Shown here: one piece after another, positions 1 through 14,477 of the stretch
How positions within the stretch are numbered: position 1 is the stretch's first letter
How the letters are laid out: each line of letters starts with the position of its first letter
Origin: Leptogorgia sarmentosa
Lineage: Eukaryota
Reading direction: 5' to 3'
DNA length: 64,000 nucleotides
Assembly: GCA_964658305.1 (NCBI GenBank)
Contig: OZ210884.1
Span: forward strand, 6,386,001 to 6,450,000
Made by a program: the position numbers and the translations under genes
The notes under the pieces: model-generated
Database searches by the model: none
What the model was told of the DNA's origin: nothing
What the model saw: only the letters and a program-made list of their open reading frames with translations

Positions 1-91
1 AACCAAAGCTTGCAAAAAGGATTTTTTTCATTTCTTTTCAAACATTTCTGCAATTCGGATCATAAAATAATCGTATAATTATCGTTTACAG

Positions 92-3000
92 GAAATTACA
101 ATTGCTCGTGTGACATGGGATATGTACTCCAGTCAGATGGACGTAAATGCAAGGCTTTAGGTACCTCATATAACAACTGTCTTTGGTCGTACAAATTTAA
201 ATAATTATCATTATTCATTTCTTCATTATTCATTTCTTCACCGAATTATTGTTTTCACGGTCTCTAAAGGCCGGTTGTACAGCTTTTCCTTACAACTGTC
301 GCATGCAATTATCTCTTAGGGTTGTCGTAAGAATTTAAAGCATGCTTTCAAAAGGCTACAACTTTCCTTCGTGTTATGTCAAACTGTCGTAGCGAGTTAC
401 AGCGTTAAATTACGTTGTGCAATTCGAGTTGTAAGCGCATTGCATGCGCGACAGTTGTAAGCAGAAGTTGTACTGAGAGTGTAAACCAACCTGAACAGAT
501 ATTTACAGGACCAAATTGTTTGACTCGTTTTGCCACTATACTAATTTAGGTTATCTAGATCGAGCTATGAACAACCAGTTTAACAATCAGAAAAGATTAG
601 CTTCATCCTCATATTTTCAAATTTTTAAGGGCCCAGACCACTCCTTTTGTTGAGTAACCAAGCTGGTGTAAAAATAGCTGCACTAGATAATCCTAGCAAA
701 ATACACGTCTCATTGGACGGCTTAAACAATGCGGTAGCGGTGGATTACTGGTTGGAAGGAAAATTGTTGTTTTGGACGGATACTGTACTACGAACGATTA
801 AGTCAGCAAGGTTTAACGGTACACAGATAAAGGATGTGGTTAAATTTGGATTGGAAAGACCATGTGAGTGATATAACTTTTCATAATTAGCTATAATTAT
901 ACCATTTCAACCCTGGCGTCGTGTTTCAACACAATTTATCGTTCTTCCAATCTCTACTCTATAGTTGACGATTCTTTCACAACTTAGGTTGGATTTCCAC
1001 TATGTGTATAATTTACACTTGATCGTCGCCATTAACGAATTAAATACCATCCTTAATACCATCTAATTTCTCTATATAGATATTTAGTCAATGAATTACC
1101 TTCTGCACACTAAGATACTGTCAGTTCAGAGCCACTTAATCAATTAAATACCATCCTTACAACCATCTGCTTGCTGTTTATAGACATTTAGTCAATGAAT
1201 TACCATCCGCACACTAAGATACTTGGTGTTTATAGCCATTTAATCAACGAAATACGATCCATAATACAACCTGCTTGTTGTTTACTAAAACAGATGAACC
1301 CATCGGGATGGAATAATTATATCTTTATCTCGAGCAGGGGCGTAGGAACCAAGGGGGTGGGGCAAGGGGGCCATGGCAGCCAAGCAACCCCAAATTTTAG
1401 AAGTCATTCAAAAAGTGCCCTGTTCCTTTAAGCTAAGGTATAAAGTATTCTAATCTTTTGTATGTACATGTCAAAATCAAATGCCCTTTTCATGAGATGC
1501 CCCCCTTAACTTGAATGTGCTTCTACACCCGTTTTAATTTTTTTTCTTTTCAGGTGGTCTAGCTGTTGATTGGCTCGGTAGGAAGATTTTTTGGGCAGAT
1601 TCCGAAAGTCGTCGGATTGAAGTATCCAATTTCGACGGATCGGGAAGAAAAGCGGTATTTTGGCGACCGCTTGGAAGGCTAAGAGCTATTGCGTTACACC
1701 CAACCAAAGGGTAAGTATTTAATCAAGAAAATGATCTTTGTTCAAAAGGAGTAAAATGGCGTCAAATATGTACAAATCGGTCCATCACAATGTCATTAAT
1801 CGCAATTATATTCACATGCAAATTGTACAAAATATTGCAAGGTCCCCTTAATTATAAAAAGGGGCTTAAAAAAGACCCTGACAACATTACACTGTGTGCA
1901 AGCTGGCAAGTTTGATATCGTTTCACCATAATGGATGGCACAAAATACACAGAAAGCAGCTAGACACATAATACTGTATACGTAACTATAATTGTAACCA
2001 TAGTTTTTAAGTTATATTCTTTTTTAGTTACATGTTCTGGACAGAATGGGATGTAGGAGATCAATACGCCAAATCATCAATAGTACGAGCAAACATGGAC
2101 GGCACAAATCTAAGAAGAATATTGTATCAAGATGTCTTTTGGCCAAACTCACTGGTTGTAGATTATGTAACTCAAAGGATATTCTATGTAGATGCAAAAA
2201 CAGGTCTAATTGAGTCTTCTGATTTTGGTGAGTTCCTTTTTTTAACCTATCCAACGCCTTTCTTTCAATCTTCTTTGCCTTTGAAGAGTAATTAACATTA
2301 ATTTACATTGCATTTTACATCTGTATATGGAGAAATGTCAAGTAAACAAAAGAAGTTAATTTTGATTCTCATGTCACATGAAAATTTTTTTACGCCTTAA
2401 ATAGATATTGAGGCAAAATATCCCGCGATCGATTTGTTGATCGTTTTCTTTTGTCTCCAAGCACTCCCCTTTACTAGTTCTAGTTAAGACCTTATGGCGC
2501 AATTAAGACAAAGCTATCGCGAAACGTAGCGATCGCATGATATTTAATTTTGCAGACACAAAAACAAAAGGATTTTTGCTCGTATTTCAACGATTGATGT
2601 CTCATTTCTATTTATTATTATTTTTAATTTATACACTTTGTTTTATTACTTTGTCAGATGGGCGAAAAATCCGATTGATCATGAAGAATAACATACTACA
2701 ACCATTTTCAATCACAGTATTTGAAGACGAAATATTTTGGACAGATACAGCTAGTAAGGCAATTTTTAGGGCAAATAAATTTGATGGAACCGGATTCAAT
2801 TTGGTTAAAAGAAATATTAAATCTCCAATGGGAATATCAGTAATCCAAAGTTCACGGCAACCATCTGGTAAGTTTAGGTTGAACTATATTGTACGCATCT
2901 TGAAATGTCATTTTAACATGTATCTCTGACTTACCATGGTGTTTTAACGGTAATTCTGGGGTAACGTTTGAGGCAACTTTTTAGAATAATATACCAATTT

Positions 3001-6000
3001 ACATAAATGATAAATGAATGAGAAATATGAAATTTATTTGATATTATTTCATCATTTATTTCATATTTAACAATTAGACAACGAGGCCGAGTTGTCTATG
3101 AGCGAATAGTCAACGAGGATGAAGTCCGAGTTAACTATTAGATGAGACAACGAGGCCGAATAGTACACACTCATATGCCCAGAATTGTTTATATCAAGAA
3201 AATTCTTCAGAAACCTTGGCAAAACGCGAGTTTTCTGCAGTAGCCATATTGATTTCCTTTGCTTTTTCGCGAACTGTGGTCTATCACGGAATAGACAACC
3301 GCCGAGTAGCCAATCAGAATGTAATATTTGTAATAGACGAGGGCCGGGTGTATAGTAATTCAAGATATCCTTTTATATTGTTCGATTCGTGTATTTATTT
3401 GCAGGTAGTTACAATTGTGAATTTGATAATGGTGGATGTAGTCACATTTGCCTCCCAACATTATCAGGACGAGCCTGCGTATGTCCAACGGGATTTCAAA
3501 TGTTGAATTCTACTCATTGTTCTGAACGTAAGTACAGGCTGCGTTTTTACTCAATACTTGTATGTACTTGTATGTCTGAATTCGTTTAAATTATACTTCA
3601 TCACATGCAATACTTGACAATGAGTAAACTCAGAAATAATTCTTCATCGGGTTTTTCGTTGCCTATACAATAAGCAAGGGGTACGCCAAATTTTCCGACT
3701 TTTAGCTACTCATTCATGCAGTAAAAGATTTCAAATCAAATTTAAGCTGAAATTTAATTCTTATTCTTTTTTTGAAAAGGGATCAATAAGTTCGTTGGTT
3801 ACCTTGGAGATTACGTCGTTCGTCAAATCTCCCTGGACACAGATGACTTGTTGGAAGTTGTGTTGCCATTTGAAAGCGTTCTTGATGTAATTGCAATGGA
3901 TTGGGATCCAATTACTGACGAAATGTATTGGGCAGAAAGTTATGATGATGAAATCACCATACGAAAAGGCAAAATGAGACCGCCGTACCATGAGGTATAT
4001 TTATATCGATCTGGAACCTGCAAGATTTTTAAGAAAATTTATTTTTTTCTAGTTTTCTCCCAAGAAAATTGAAATCATACTTTATCATACAGGCTGTTGT
4101 TCAAAAAATTCCTAGCAAACTCTCCAGTATTGGTGTAGATTGGCTGACGAGAAAATTATACTGGTGTGAGGAAGAACGAAATCATATTCTCGTTTCTAAC
4201 CTTGATGGGAGCTCTGCAACTGTGGTAGTATGGAGAAAAAATGTTAAACCAAGAAACCTGTTGCTCCATGTAGAAAAGAGGTAGTTATGTTTTTACAAAT
4301 TTACCATTTTTTACACATCATACGATCAATCATGGTTTAGTCAGTTGTTTGTAACATAAAAATAAATCACGTCAATAATAAACATTATAAACAATATATA
4401 AATACATAGAGATTACTTCATGGTTGACGAGTGCGTACGATTTTTATTCACGAGTTGTGAAAGATCGAACGAGTGAGCGCAGCGAACGAGTGAGTTTAAT
4501 CTTTCACAACGAGTGAATAAAAATCGTACAAACGAGTCAAACATGAAGTAATTTGTTTATTATATGAGTTATAATTATATTGTAGAGTGAAATTTAAGTG
4601 CTGAATGGTGAAAGACACAATTCAAACCAAACGTTTCAAAAATATGTATTAAAACATACAAAAATAGCTACGACAACGAAACGATTTCGCTTTAAAAATG
4701 TCGTTGAAATTTTACAAAGCTCAAAAACTTGATTAACAGTTACTGTACTTCGAGTCAAATTTAAATACGAATAATTTACAATTAATAAGTAACGTATTAA
4801 GAACGAAATGTGACTCAAAGTTTTAAAATAAACTAGACCTCAGTCGGAATCTAGACATCAATAACATTTAGTCTGAATCAGAGTCAATTAATCTTATTCG
4901 TTTGTACTGTGGAACATGCATGTGAAGCCATTTCAAACGAAAAGTCAAACAGACGTCTACAAAACTGATTGTTGTTTTTTTCTTTAATGGGCGACAAAAC
5001 TTAATATCAAATTTTTCACTAGTGACGAATTCCGTACGTCCAATGAGAAGGCTTATACGACGTTTTTCACTAGTGGCGAATTCCGTACGTCCAATGAGAT
5101 CCTCGGAAATTTTAGACATATGATTTTTATTCGACGACTTTATCGCGTATAAAATTCTATACTCATATAATAAAACATTTTATCAGATATAAGAACTCCA
5201 GTAAAGTGTCTTGTAAGTTCTTAATTGAACTAGCCTTTCGAGTTTATTATTAAAAAATATTTTAAGTTACAAAAAAAAAACAAAATGACAAGAGAAATCC
5301 TTGCCATGACGGTTTTTTATATGTGATAAAATATTATCATGTTAGCGAAAATAAACATCAGCTTTCATTTTCTTAGTAAAACAGTCTCCACCAATACTTT
5401 TCCACGTATTTTTTTTATTTTACATTAACCAGGTACATGTACTGGACATCCCACGGTAGTGTCGTCAGCATCAATAGAGCAGGGATGGATGGTTCATTTC
5501 GCAGAAGAATCGTTTCTAACGGCTTAGTAAATCCTACTGATTTGACTCTTGATAAAGCAAAAGACACTCTTTATTGGGTGGATGGTGGGAACATTGTTCA
5601 CTACATCTCATTAAAAACGAGAAAAAGAAAGGTGAGAATTTAATGAACAACTTGAGCAAGCAACATTTTGGTCAACACGCAAGCCGGCCTGGGTGAATTG
5701 TATTGATATGGCTATGGCTGTCAGCCGTTCTTGTTGAAAGTTTATTGACGCCTCGTTTCATGATGACTATGAAAATATGTAGTTTTGATGAACAAATTTA
5801 CCTAATTCAATCATTTTGCTTCCCAAACATGGCGGATTTAAGGTCACATATAGCGTGAAAAAGGCTAACAGATAGAATGGGTTTTTTTACAACTTCGTCA
5901 TCAAGAAAAATATATAATACTGTCTGCCCAAAATCGAAGCATCTTAAAGTATTTTCATTTTATCAAAATTTAGTTCTTCAGGGTTTCGCACCATTCAGTG

Positions 6001-9000
6001 ACGTTGAGTCCATTTTCGATCGGTATTGATGGGGATCGCTTCTTCTGGGCTGACTCTAAGTTGAAGAAAATCTTGATGATGAAACTTGGGGAAACAAATG
6101 AGGGAAAAGTTATTGGAAAGTACAAGTACAATCCCGTAAGATTGGCGGTTTTCGAGCAAGTAAAACGTCAAGGTAAACAATCTGATCAATTGTTTGTATA
6201 TATATTTTTATGAAAAACATGGCCGACAAATCGCAAATTACCACGTACCGACATACTTGTAATTTAAAATGCGAATTCGAATCAGTTTTCTTTTTGATAT
6301 GGTCTATTAGACTAGTGTATTACAATTTGTGAGATGTGCGCATGTATCTAAACTGATCTTTTATTTCACTAGATAGTGGCTCTGCAGGTATTGGCAGTAC
6401 CCGTTTCATTTTCATCTAACATGATCTAAATTATGTGTTGCTCAATTATGAAACATCGTCAGATATTCAGTTTAATTTATGAAATGTTTCTTTGTAGAAA
6501 GAAATCCTTGTGGGACTAATAATGGTGATTGCAGTCACCTCTGCGTATTATCACCATTAAAAGATTTTCGTTGTTTGTGTCCTGCTGGAAGACAGCTCAA
6601 GGCTGATAATAAAACATGTGAAAGTGGTAGGAAATGTTGGATATTATTTCAGACAATAGGTGGTCGGCAATTGGCAGCCATTTTGGCTAACATTTCAAAC
6701 AAGTGCACAACTCAAGCATTAGACACGGACACTTTTTAAAATCTCAATAAAATCCCGCTCAGCAGATCGTTAAGTAAATTTTTATCCTTTTTATTAAAGT
6801 CAAAATATGTCTCAAAAGCTATACATTTTCCGATCATTACATCACGTACCTTGTTGAGCTGACAAGTACCTTGTTGAGCTGACAGCCTGTCTGAATGCCT
6901 GTCCATTGACAACAACGCTCCCTGGTCGAATGTCGTAATTATGGAAATGTGTATTTCAATACGCTTTTTCATTCCTTTCTCTCGTCAGCCACAGAGATCT
7001 CGCGGTTTGTGTTGGTGAACAGTAATGGTCGTCTACATCAAGTACCACTCAGTGTCCAGTACAAAACTGACATCACGATACCAGGCGAAGGAAATCAGGA
7101 CATCTTTGCCTTTGATGTTGATGTGAAGCACAGGTAGCTATACTTATGCGTCGATAATTGGGCATTAAAAAAACAATCGATTTTAAAAGAAATTAACAAT
7201 GAAGAACACTATATGAATATATTGTGTTCGGACGTTTTTTTCTAAACATATACTCTAGACTTCATGTGTTTCAAACCCAATACTAAAATGCAAATTTTGG
7301 CGAATGGGGCGCTCAAATTTAGAAAAAATCCGGATCAACGCAAAAAATTTCAGAGTATTACGTTCTTGCTAGCTTTACGTTTAGACTGATCACATGGTTA
7401 TACCAATAGCGCAGAAAATATTTAAAGGTCATATTCATATGCTTGAAGACGATGGAAATGCTATAATTATTCTAACTACTACTCATGAGTTGTTCATCTA
7501 TTGACAGATTCTTGTATCTTATCAAGAAGACGACGAAGAAAAAGGAAATTTGTTACGTTTCCTTATTTGGTGGTAACCACACATGCATCCTTTCAGAAAT
7601 ACTTCATGCTCCAGGTGATATCGCCTACGATCCACTGAGCCAACACATTTACTGGACTGATTTCCTTACGAAGAGAATATACCTCGCTGACAGAAAAGGA
7701 CGGTTCTGGACTGTCGTCATTTGGAAGGATTTGGATTTACCATCATCAATAACAGCTGCGTATAAGCATGGGTATAGTTTTCACCACAAGTTTTTGTATT
7801 TCGTTTATTCGTAAAGTACATTGAATCGACCCCTCCCCCCCCCTCCCCCTCCTGTCCAACTCACTTTTGTTCCGCTTCAAAATATTTCCATAATTTCATA
7901 AGAAGGTCTTCTTTTTTTCTCTGAGTCGTGATCGAAAATCTAATGTCGCGAGAAGATCATATCGAAAATAAATAGATTGAGTAAAAATCTTTTTTGCAAT
8001 TTTCTTATCGTTCGTGTTGAATCTGGAGTTAGTGAGGGATTTAAGTGAAAAAAAAATGCTTGCAAAAATCGATGGTAATTGACGTCTCTTTTGATTTTTT
8101 TGAGAACGCAATAAACCCTCGATTAATAATGGATATCATCATAACAAGTTATCCGAAAACTCATTAGCTTGTACAGTAATTCAATCAAAATGACGTCTGT
8201 GATAAAAAAAATTTCCCTCCCTCCCGGAAGTTACCAGGTTTTGAAATACTTTGTAAATATTGCAGACTTATATTCTGGGCGGATCTTGGCAAGCAGGTTT
8301 CTATATCTCGAGCAAACATGGATGGGAGTTCTCAGTCAAAGATCGTCACATCACGATTAAAATGGCCCAACAGCTTAACAGTGGATCACACGACTAAACA
8401 TCTATACTGGACGGATTATCTTCAACAACGAATTGAGTTGTGTGACTTCAATGGCAAGAACAGACGACAATTTGCACCCACACTGGCTGGTCCAACATTT
8501 CTCACATTATTTAGTAAATTTGTATACTGGTCTGAGTGGCAGCCGAAAGTTTTAAGAAAACGTGGTAAAGCTCAAAGTAGTCTTCCCATAACAGTGATGA
8601 AAAGCTTGAAACGAGTAACTGGAATTCAAGCAGTAAATCTTCGGAAAATTCCAGGTTTGCAATTGGAGTTTTTATCACCCCAATAAACTAATTAAAATTC
8701 ATGGTGCAGGAGCAAAAATCACTATCACCTGAGAGGATTGCAGGAAATGTTCTAGACGCTTCAAAATTTATATTGAATGGAATATTTTCAAGTCACTCAT
8801 TTTGTCGTTTAGAGGTAAAAAGCAAGTGCAAACGAAACAATGGCGATTGCAGTCATTTCTGTTTGATGAACACATTTGGAATTTCCTGTGCTTGCCCAGT
8901 TGGTCTGAAGCTGCAAAACGACAGCAAAACATGCAGTGACAGTAAGTTGCGAATTTTGACTCAACTTAAAATATTAACATGACACTGCCTACCGTTAGCA

Positions 9001-12000
9001 CATGGGTATTCTGCTCGTACACAAGCAAAACCGTTTAACCCGCTCCTCGATTGATTCATAAATATTGTTGAGCCTCACCCCATGAACATCGTTATTACTA
9101 CAATGAGTACAATGCTGTTGTAGAAATGTTAAGCATAATAGAGACCTTTAGCTTCACGTTTATGGCAAAGGTTTAAACGCAAACGACAAATTTAAAACCC
9201 AAATTAGGGAAATGTTGCGTAAATACTTACCTTTGGAGAATTAGGACAAATTGCGGAACAAACTTAAACAATAAATTGGTTACTTCCCTCTCCTAACGTT
9301 GTACATCTTATCTTCACATTCGATTCGAAATTTGGCGTTTGCGGTGAACATGCAGCTAAAGGCCTCGAATAACAGCTAGTTGATCTGACCGTGAGTAAAA
9401 GCCCGGGAACTAACTATATCGAATAGAAATCAATTTGCCGTTTTTATTCACTTCTGCATTTTTCTCGTTTATGAAATTTGTTGAAACTTCGTAATCATGT
9501 CTAGTGAAGAAATTTCACAGTCTACAAGAAATTTGGAAACAATGTAAATTATATTTCTTTTCGTTCCTATAATCAGGTCCAAGGAATTCAATATTTTACT
9601 CAACTGACAACACACTGAGAAGAATTTCCTTAGACACCGAAGATATGACCAGTTTCGCATTACCACTTAAGTATGACACCATCGCAAAAAACTTTGCTTT
9701 TGACGTAACTCCAGATCATATATACTGGACGAATGGCACCAGGATATATTCATCGCTTATAAATGACTCAGGTGAGAGGAAGGTTGCAGACAGGGGCTCG
9801 GCGTAACAGTTTTGTAATGCTATAAAAAATTCTGTGTTCATAGACCGCGGAAACAATAAATTTCTGAAAAAAATAATGATGGTAATGATCTCAAATATGC
9901 ATACTGCGTAGTATGACCAAATTCTAATATTTATCTTAAATCAAGGAAGAAAAAGCTCTTGGATTCCCTAATCTAAGCCCCATTTAGGACGTTGAATTTC
10001 ATTGTTTTCGATTAATGCGATTGATTTATTAATTAAACCCGAGAAAATGTAAGTAACTATTAACGTAATGCTATTTTTGAACCATCCTCAGAAAAATAAA
10101 TTCATAGTAATCTAAATTGGATTTCTGAACTTTTTCCTTAATATTTTTAAACTAGATTCGAAGACTGTTATCACATCCCCTAAATCCACAATCAGAGGTT
10201 TAACAGTGGATTGGATTTCTGGAAACCTATTTTGGACCGCAAACGGAAAGATCGAAGTTTCCAATTTAGATGGGTCATTTGTGGCTGATCTTATATTCCA
10301 TGGACTGAAAAAGCCACGTGACATAGTTGTTGATCCTATGAAAGGGTTCGTTCATGTTTAGCTCTTTCGTGTGATTTACTCAAACTGGAGTTTATTTTTC
10401 ACCCATTAGTTATAAAACTTTCGTGACATACGTTAATGTGTGATTTACTCAAACAGAATTTTATTTTGCACGTATATTTATGCCTTGAGGCATAAGCGAG
10501 CAATAAGCTATAGAATGTCCAAATCATAGCTTGCACATGAAGATTATTTCCAATTATTTCCTAAACTCAGATTTTTTCCGACCAACTAAAACCTACTTTG
10601 AATAATACGATACAATTTTCCGCTTCTTAGACTCCTCTTTTGGACTGATACTGAAAGAAAGGTTATAGAAAGATCTCATACAAATGGTCAGTCACGTACG
10701 GTGATAGCTAGCAGAGAAATTTATCACCCAGTCGGACTTGCCGCTGACTTTGATACAGAATTCTTGTACTGGAGTGACTCAACGTACCATACTGTAGAAA
10801 GATGCAGTTATGATGGTCAGAGAAGATTCACTGTGATTAACAGGGTAAGAATTACGAAATGAATAAAATTAGTTTCCAAGAAATTAATCGATGACACTAT
10901 TGTTGATAATGTATTTTTTAAAAGTTGTTGTAAATTATGTCAATGAATTAAATCCATTCTTTTTACAAGAGTTCGGGGGGCCGCCTCCCCCAAAAAATCC
11001 TGGATTTCAAAAAAAACTATTAAAGCCATGTCTTAGTCAACAATCTTCTATACCCAAAGAAGCCAACTAAAAAGGCCAAGTTTGGACTCCGACTATATGT
11101 AGTCGACACGATGTTCTGCATGTTTCATATTATAACTTCTCTGTTACAGGATGTGCATGCTTTTGCATTGGCCGTAATGGGTCCTCACGTATACTGGACA
11201 GACCAACGACACAATGCATTACTGCGCGCTGACAAAAAGACTGGTGAACATCGTCATGTTCTTGAGAAAGACCTGGAAAGACCAATGGAAGTTGTATCTC
11301 TTTCACGAGGAAAAATACCCGGTAAGGTAATCTGGCCCTGTATTTACCATCGTGCATAAATTGAGTACAGTTTTGTAAGTTTAAAGTAGGATTCATGCCT
11401 ATTTTACCAAAACTGTTAAGAAAACCAGAGATGGAAAATGGTGCGATACAACCGGAAAAGTACATTTATAACCAGAAAAACAAAAACAAAAATTTAAACG
11501 TTTCGAGTGATGGCCCTTCGTCGATAACTGGTTCAAAACGATGTTTAAAATAACTCTGTTTTGTCTTTGGGTAGCAAATTCACTACGGTTTTATTCCGCT
11601 ACATTTATCTGCCACCAGTAAAATTGCCCAAGTGCAATCGAACCAATATTGTACTTTACATTTCTTTCGTTTCCACATTTTTTAACATTTCTTTAAATAA
11701 TACTGAGTAATGAGTATATACATTTCTAGAAACAAATGCGTGTTTTGAGAATGGAAAATGTAAAAATCTTTGCTTATTGACTCCAAATGGTCGGTCATGT
11801 GCTACCGTATGCGATGGGAAATTACATTTGAAAGGTAAGTGTTTGATAAAAGTGAAACGACGGCTAGAGTAGTACCCAGGCTAGAGTAGTACCAAGGCGC
11901 TCTCAAAGACGACGCGCATAATTTTCATGATGCGCGAAAGGGATATTGGGAAGGAGGAGGAACCCATAAGTCCCACTGCACGCTGCAGTACTTCATGTAA

Positions 12001-14240
12001 TTTCAACCTTGTAACGTGAACCATTCGCAGACGCCTTGGTACGAAGCAGGTACATCTATATATGTGCCATATTTAGTGCCTTGAATTCTTAATCTCATGT
12101 TGTCCAAGGATATCATTGGTATGCTGTATTGGTTGACGGTAGCCTCGGAATATTAGCATGAACATTATTCCACATGAGAGAATAAACATCGCGTCAACCA
12201 TAATTTATGATGAGTGATTTGTATCATTATCGTATTTGCTGCGTGCACATCTGACACGCTGTTATGTCTGTAAGGAAGACGTATAAGTAACCTGTAAAAC
12301 TTTTTGTAGACTCGTGCGATATTCCAGTAATTGTCGTAAAACCGACATTTTCAAAGCCATCAATCAGGTAAGTTCCCAATAATAGTATACATGCAAATAA
12401 TGAATGTTTATGAGAATATGAAAAAAATCTAACCATTGCACGAATAAAAACATTCATTATTTGTTTTATATAATACCAAAATAGGCTATTGCTTTTAGAT
12501 AACAGCTTTTTTTAAACTATAATAATAAACAGTGTAAATAAACTGTGATCACTGTGCGAAAAGCGTTGCACTCACGCTTGCTACTTGCGACATTGTACAT
12601 ACGTTACACTGTTACGTCGCCACACTGTATACTGTACCAATTTTTTTCTGTAGCTGTACAATGGAAACTGATAACAAAAACTGCACTGATGAATCAGTAA
12701 AAAGTTTTGCAAAAGGTAGGTACTAATTTCAATGCTTTATTGCTTGCGTAAGGTCATTTGCATTTTCTCGCCAAGCTATCCCCTTCTTTCTTTTCCATGT
12801 CCTGTTATACCGTATACACGTTAACCAATTACTTTTTACTTCAATATATACGTTGATTCAACACAGTAGTAGTAGTAAAAATAGCAATTTGATACCATTA
12901 TCTAGTTTATGTAGCTACACAGATATCTTCCCCGACAGTACTTGTCCAGTAACGTTTTTACCAAAATAAGTTTAAATAACTATAATTTAATGGGATTTGA
13001 CCAACGTTATGATCTATGTCAAAATGCCTCTAATCTTTTCCATTTAGAAAGGAAAACACCTAAAATAGCTTACATTGTCGGCGGGATTGTTCTTGTAGCA
13101 TTCATCATAGCAATGTCCATTCTCTTATTTCTTTGCCAAAGGTATTGTAAGAATGTATGTCTTTTTATATATCGAAGTTTCGGACAGTATTGATTGCATG
13201 GTCTCAATTAAAATTTTAATTTGAACAAAGTTTTTTTCGGAGTCGGTACACGTATTTAAAAAAGTATAGACCTTTCAAATTCGAGTGCTAATTTGAGAAC
13301 TCTGTAATCCCGCTGGTCTGAAGATCCTTTATTATCCCGCTCCCATCGTGTAGCTACCTCAATCCCATGCGTTTTAGTAAGTGAAATAAAAACTACCTTA
13401 CACCTTTGTTTGCGTACTGCAAATTTTTTTACTTTTAGACGTGTTAAGACAGTCCTAGGTAAAGGCAAACAAAAACAGTTGATGCCCCTGAGAGTGACGT
13501 TTGAAAGCAGGCGATCAACGGTGTGTTATGGAATTATAAATAAGCCTGTCTTAAGCCGGTTTTCCACTAGCGACTTTTGTCGCGCGAATCGATTTTTTTC
13601 TTTTGTCTTCATGCAATTAGTTCCAGATGGTTCCAGTCGAAAGCTCAAGGACAATGGAAAATATTCGCTTCGCGCGACAAAAATCGCTAGTGGAAAACCG
13701 GCTTTACGCTATGCGATCAGACATTGAAATGATTGCTGTGAATAATTGTTTGACGCATAAGTAAAGTCCACACATGTCGGTTAAATACCATTTTTTTCTA
13801 CTATGAAAATATGCATTTTTCCTCGCACACTCTCCAGACGAAATTTCAAAATTTGGTGTTGAAACAGCATAGCTACATAGAGACAGGAGGGTGACAGTCA
13901 CTAATTTACTAAAACAGTGAACCAATTCGGTTCCACGTTCAATCTAGCTAAACATTTTCATTCACGAAAAAGGCGGAAGCAGTAGGGGAATAGATTATTT
14001 ACATTACTCGTGTCGGAACGTCTCTACCGTCACCAACTGTACATGTTTTTCATTATTTTGTTACAGAGCAAAACAGACTCGGTAAACGATCCACTGGTGT
14101 CAATTCCTTCACAGTTTCCAGACCAAATCTCGACGACATCAAGTCCAGCCAGCATCGAGAAATTTCCAAACCGTTACCAAATGAAGAATGGAAACGAAGG
14201 TGAAGAAGCAAAACAATGTTTTACCACTTCAAACGTTTAG
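92..14240 (+). CDS. LRP4: LRP4-like LDL-receptor-related protein, 5'-truncated by the window, about 24 exons
   Basis: Exon 92-160 encodes an EGF end ([24 protein letters not shown]) continuing as PRPLLLLSN, like the CKALGP junction of LRP4. Four YWTD beta-propellers (~630-2867, ~3780-6172, ~6988-8655, ~9578-11321; FWTD/YWTD/FWTE motifs), each followed by an EGF exon (~3405-3527, ~6498-6626, ~8812-8941, ~11730-11834), then a TM exon ~13048-13141 ([23 protein letters not shown]). No LDLa repeats after the propellers. The last exon(s) (13439-14240) are ambiguous. Confidence 0.85.
267..493. mobile_element. MITE-like inverted-repeat element
   Basis: cttacaactgtcgcatgcaat mirrored by attgcatgcgcgacagttgtaag; imperfect termini ggccggttgtaca / tgtaaaccaacc. 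Confidence 0.55.
1335..1531. mobile_element. Degenerate MITE with CAGGGGCGTAGG-type termini (similar element ~22562-22837)
   Basis: caggggcgtaggaa...G-runs...C-runs...cttctacacccg; similar layout cagaggagtagg...ttcctgcgcctatg at ~22562-22837. Confidence 0.4.
3066..3370 (+). mobile_element. Long-hairpin non-autonomous element (related to 62371-62667)
   Basis: Starts ttaacaattaga, contains a degenerate hairpin ending aattgttt, and shares gagtagccaatca with the 62371 element. Confidence 0.55.
4407..5174 (+). mobile_element. Long-hairpin non-autonomous element with internal/terminal inverted repeat
   Basis: ~150-bp imperfect palindrome 4410-4555 centred on gagcgcagcga; tttattatatgagt (~4556) is inverted at the terminus actcatataataaa (5161-5174); internal 48-bp tandem duplication ~5011-5098. 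Confidence 0.6.
9139..9367. mobile_element. MITE
   Basis: gagacctttagcttcacgtt...aaacgcaaacgacaaattt mirrored by aaatttggcgtttgcggtgaacatgcagctaaaggcctc. Confidence 0.55.
13553..13704. mobile_element. MITE with ~30-bp TIRs
   Basis: aagccggttttccactagcgacttttgtcgcgcgaa / ttcgcgcgacaaaaatcgctagtggaaaaccggctt. Confidence 0.75.
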
Positions 14241-14477
14241 TTGGAAACAGTCGAACACGGAAACAAACTGTTGCTGTTCGTTTGCTCATGTATATAAGTT
14301 AAAGCTAAAGCCACTCGTGCGGTCTTCTATCCTACATATTATATTATTTTTATTTTTTTTTGTTGCTCCGTAGAATTATAGTAGCTACACTTGGCGGTTA
14401 TAAGACCATGCATCTTTGGCACATTTTCCCGTTTTATTTTGTAACAAAGCCTCGATTACATCAAATTGAAATTATTG

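Noticed and set aside
92..14240. LRP5/6 assignment
   Set aside because: An EGF precedes the first propeller, and no LDLa repeats before the TM or PPPSP motifs were seen; LRP4 fits better.
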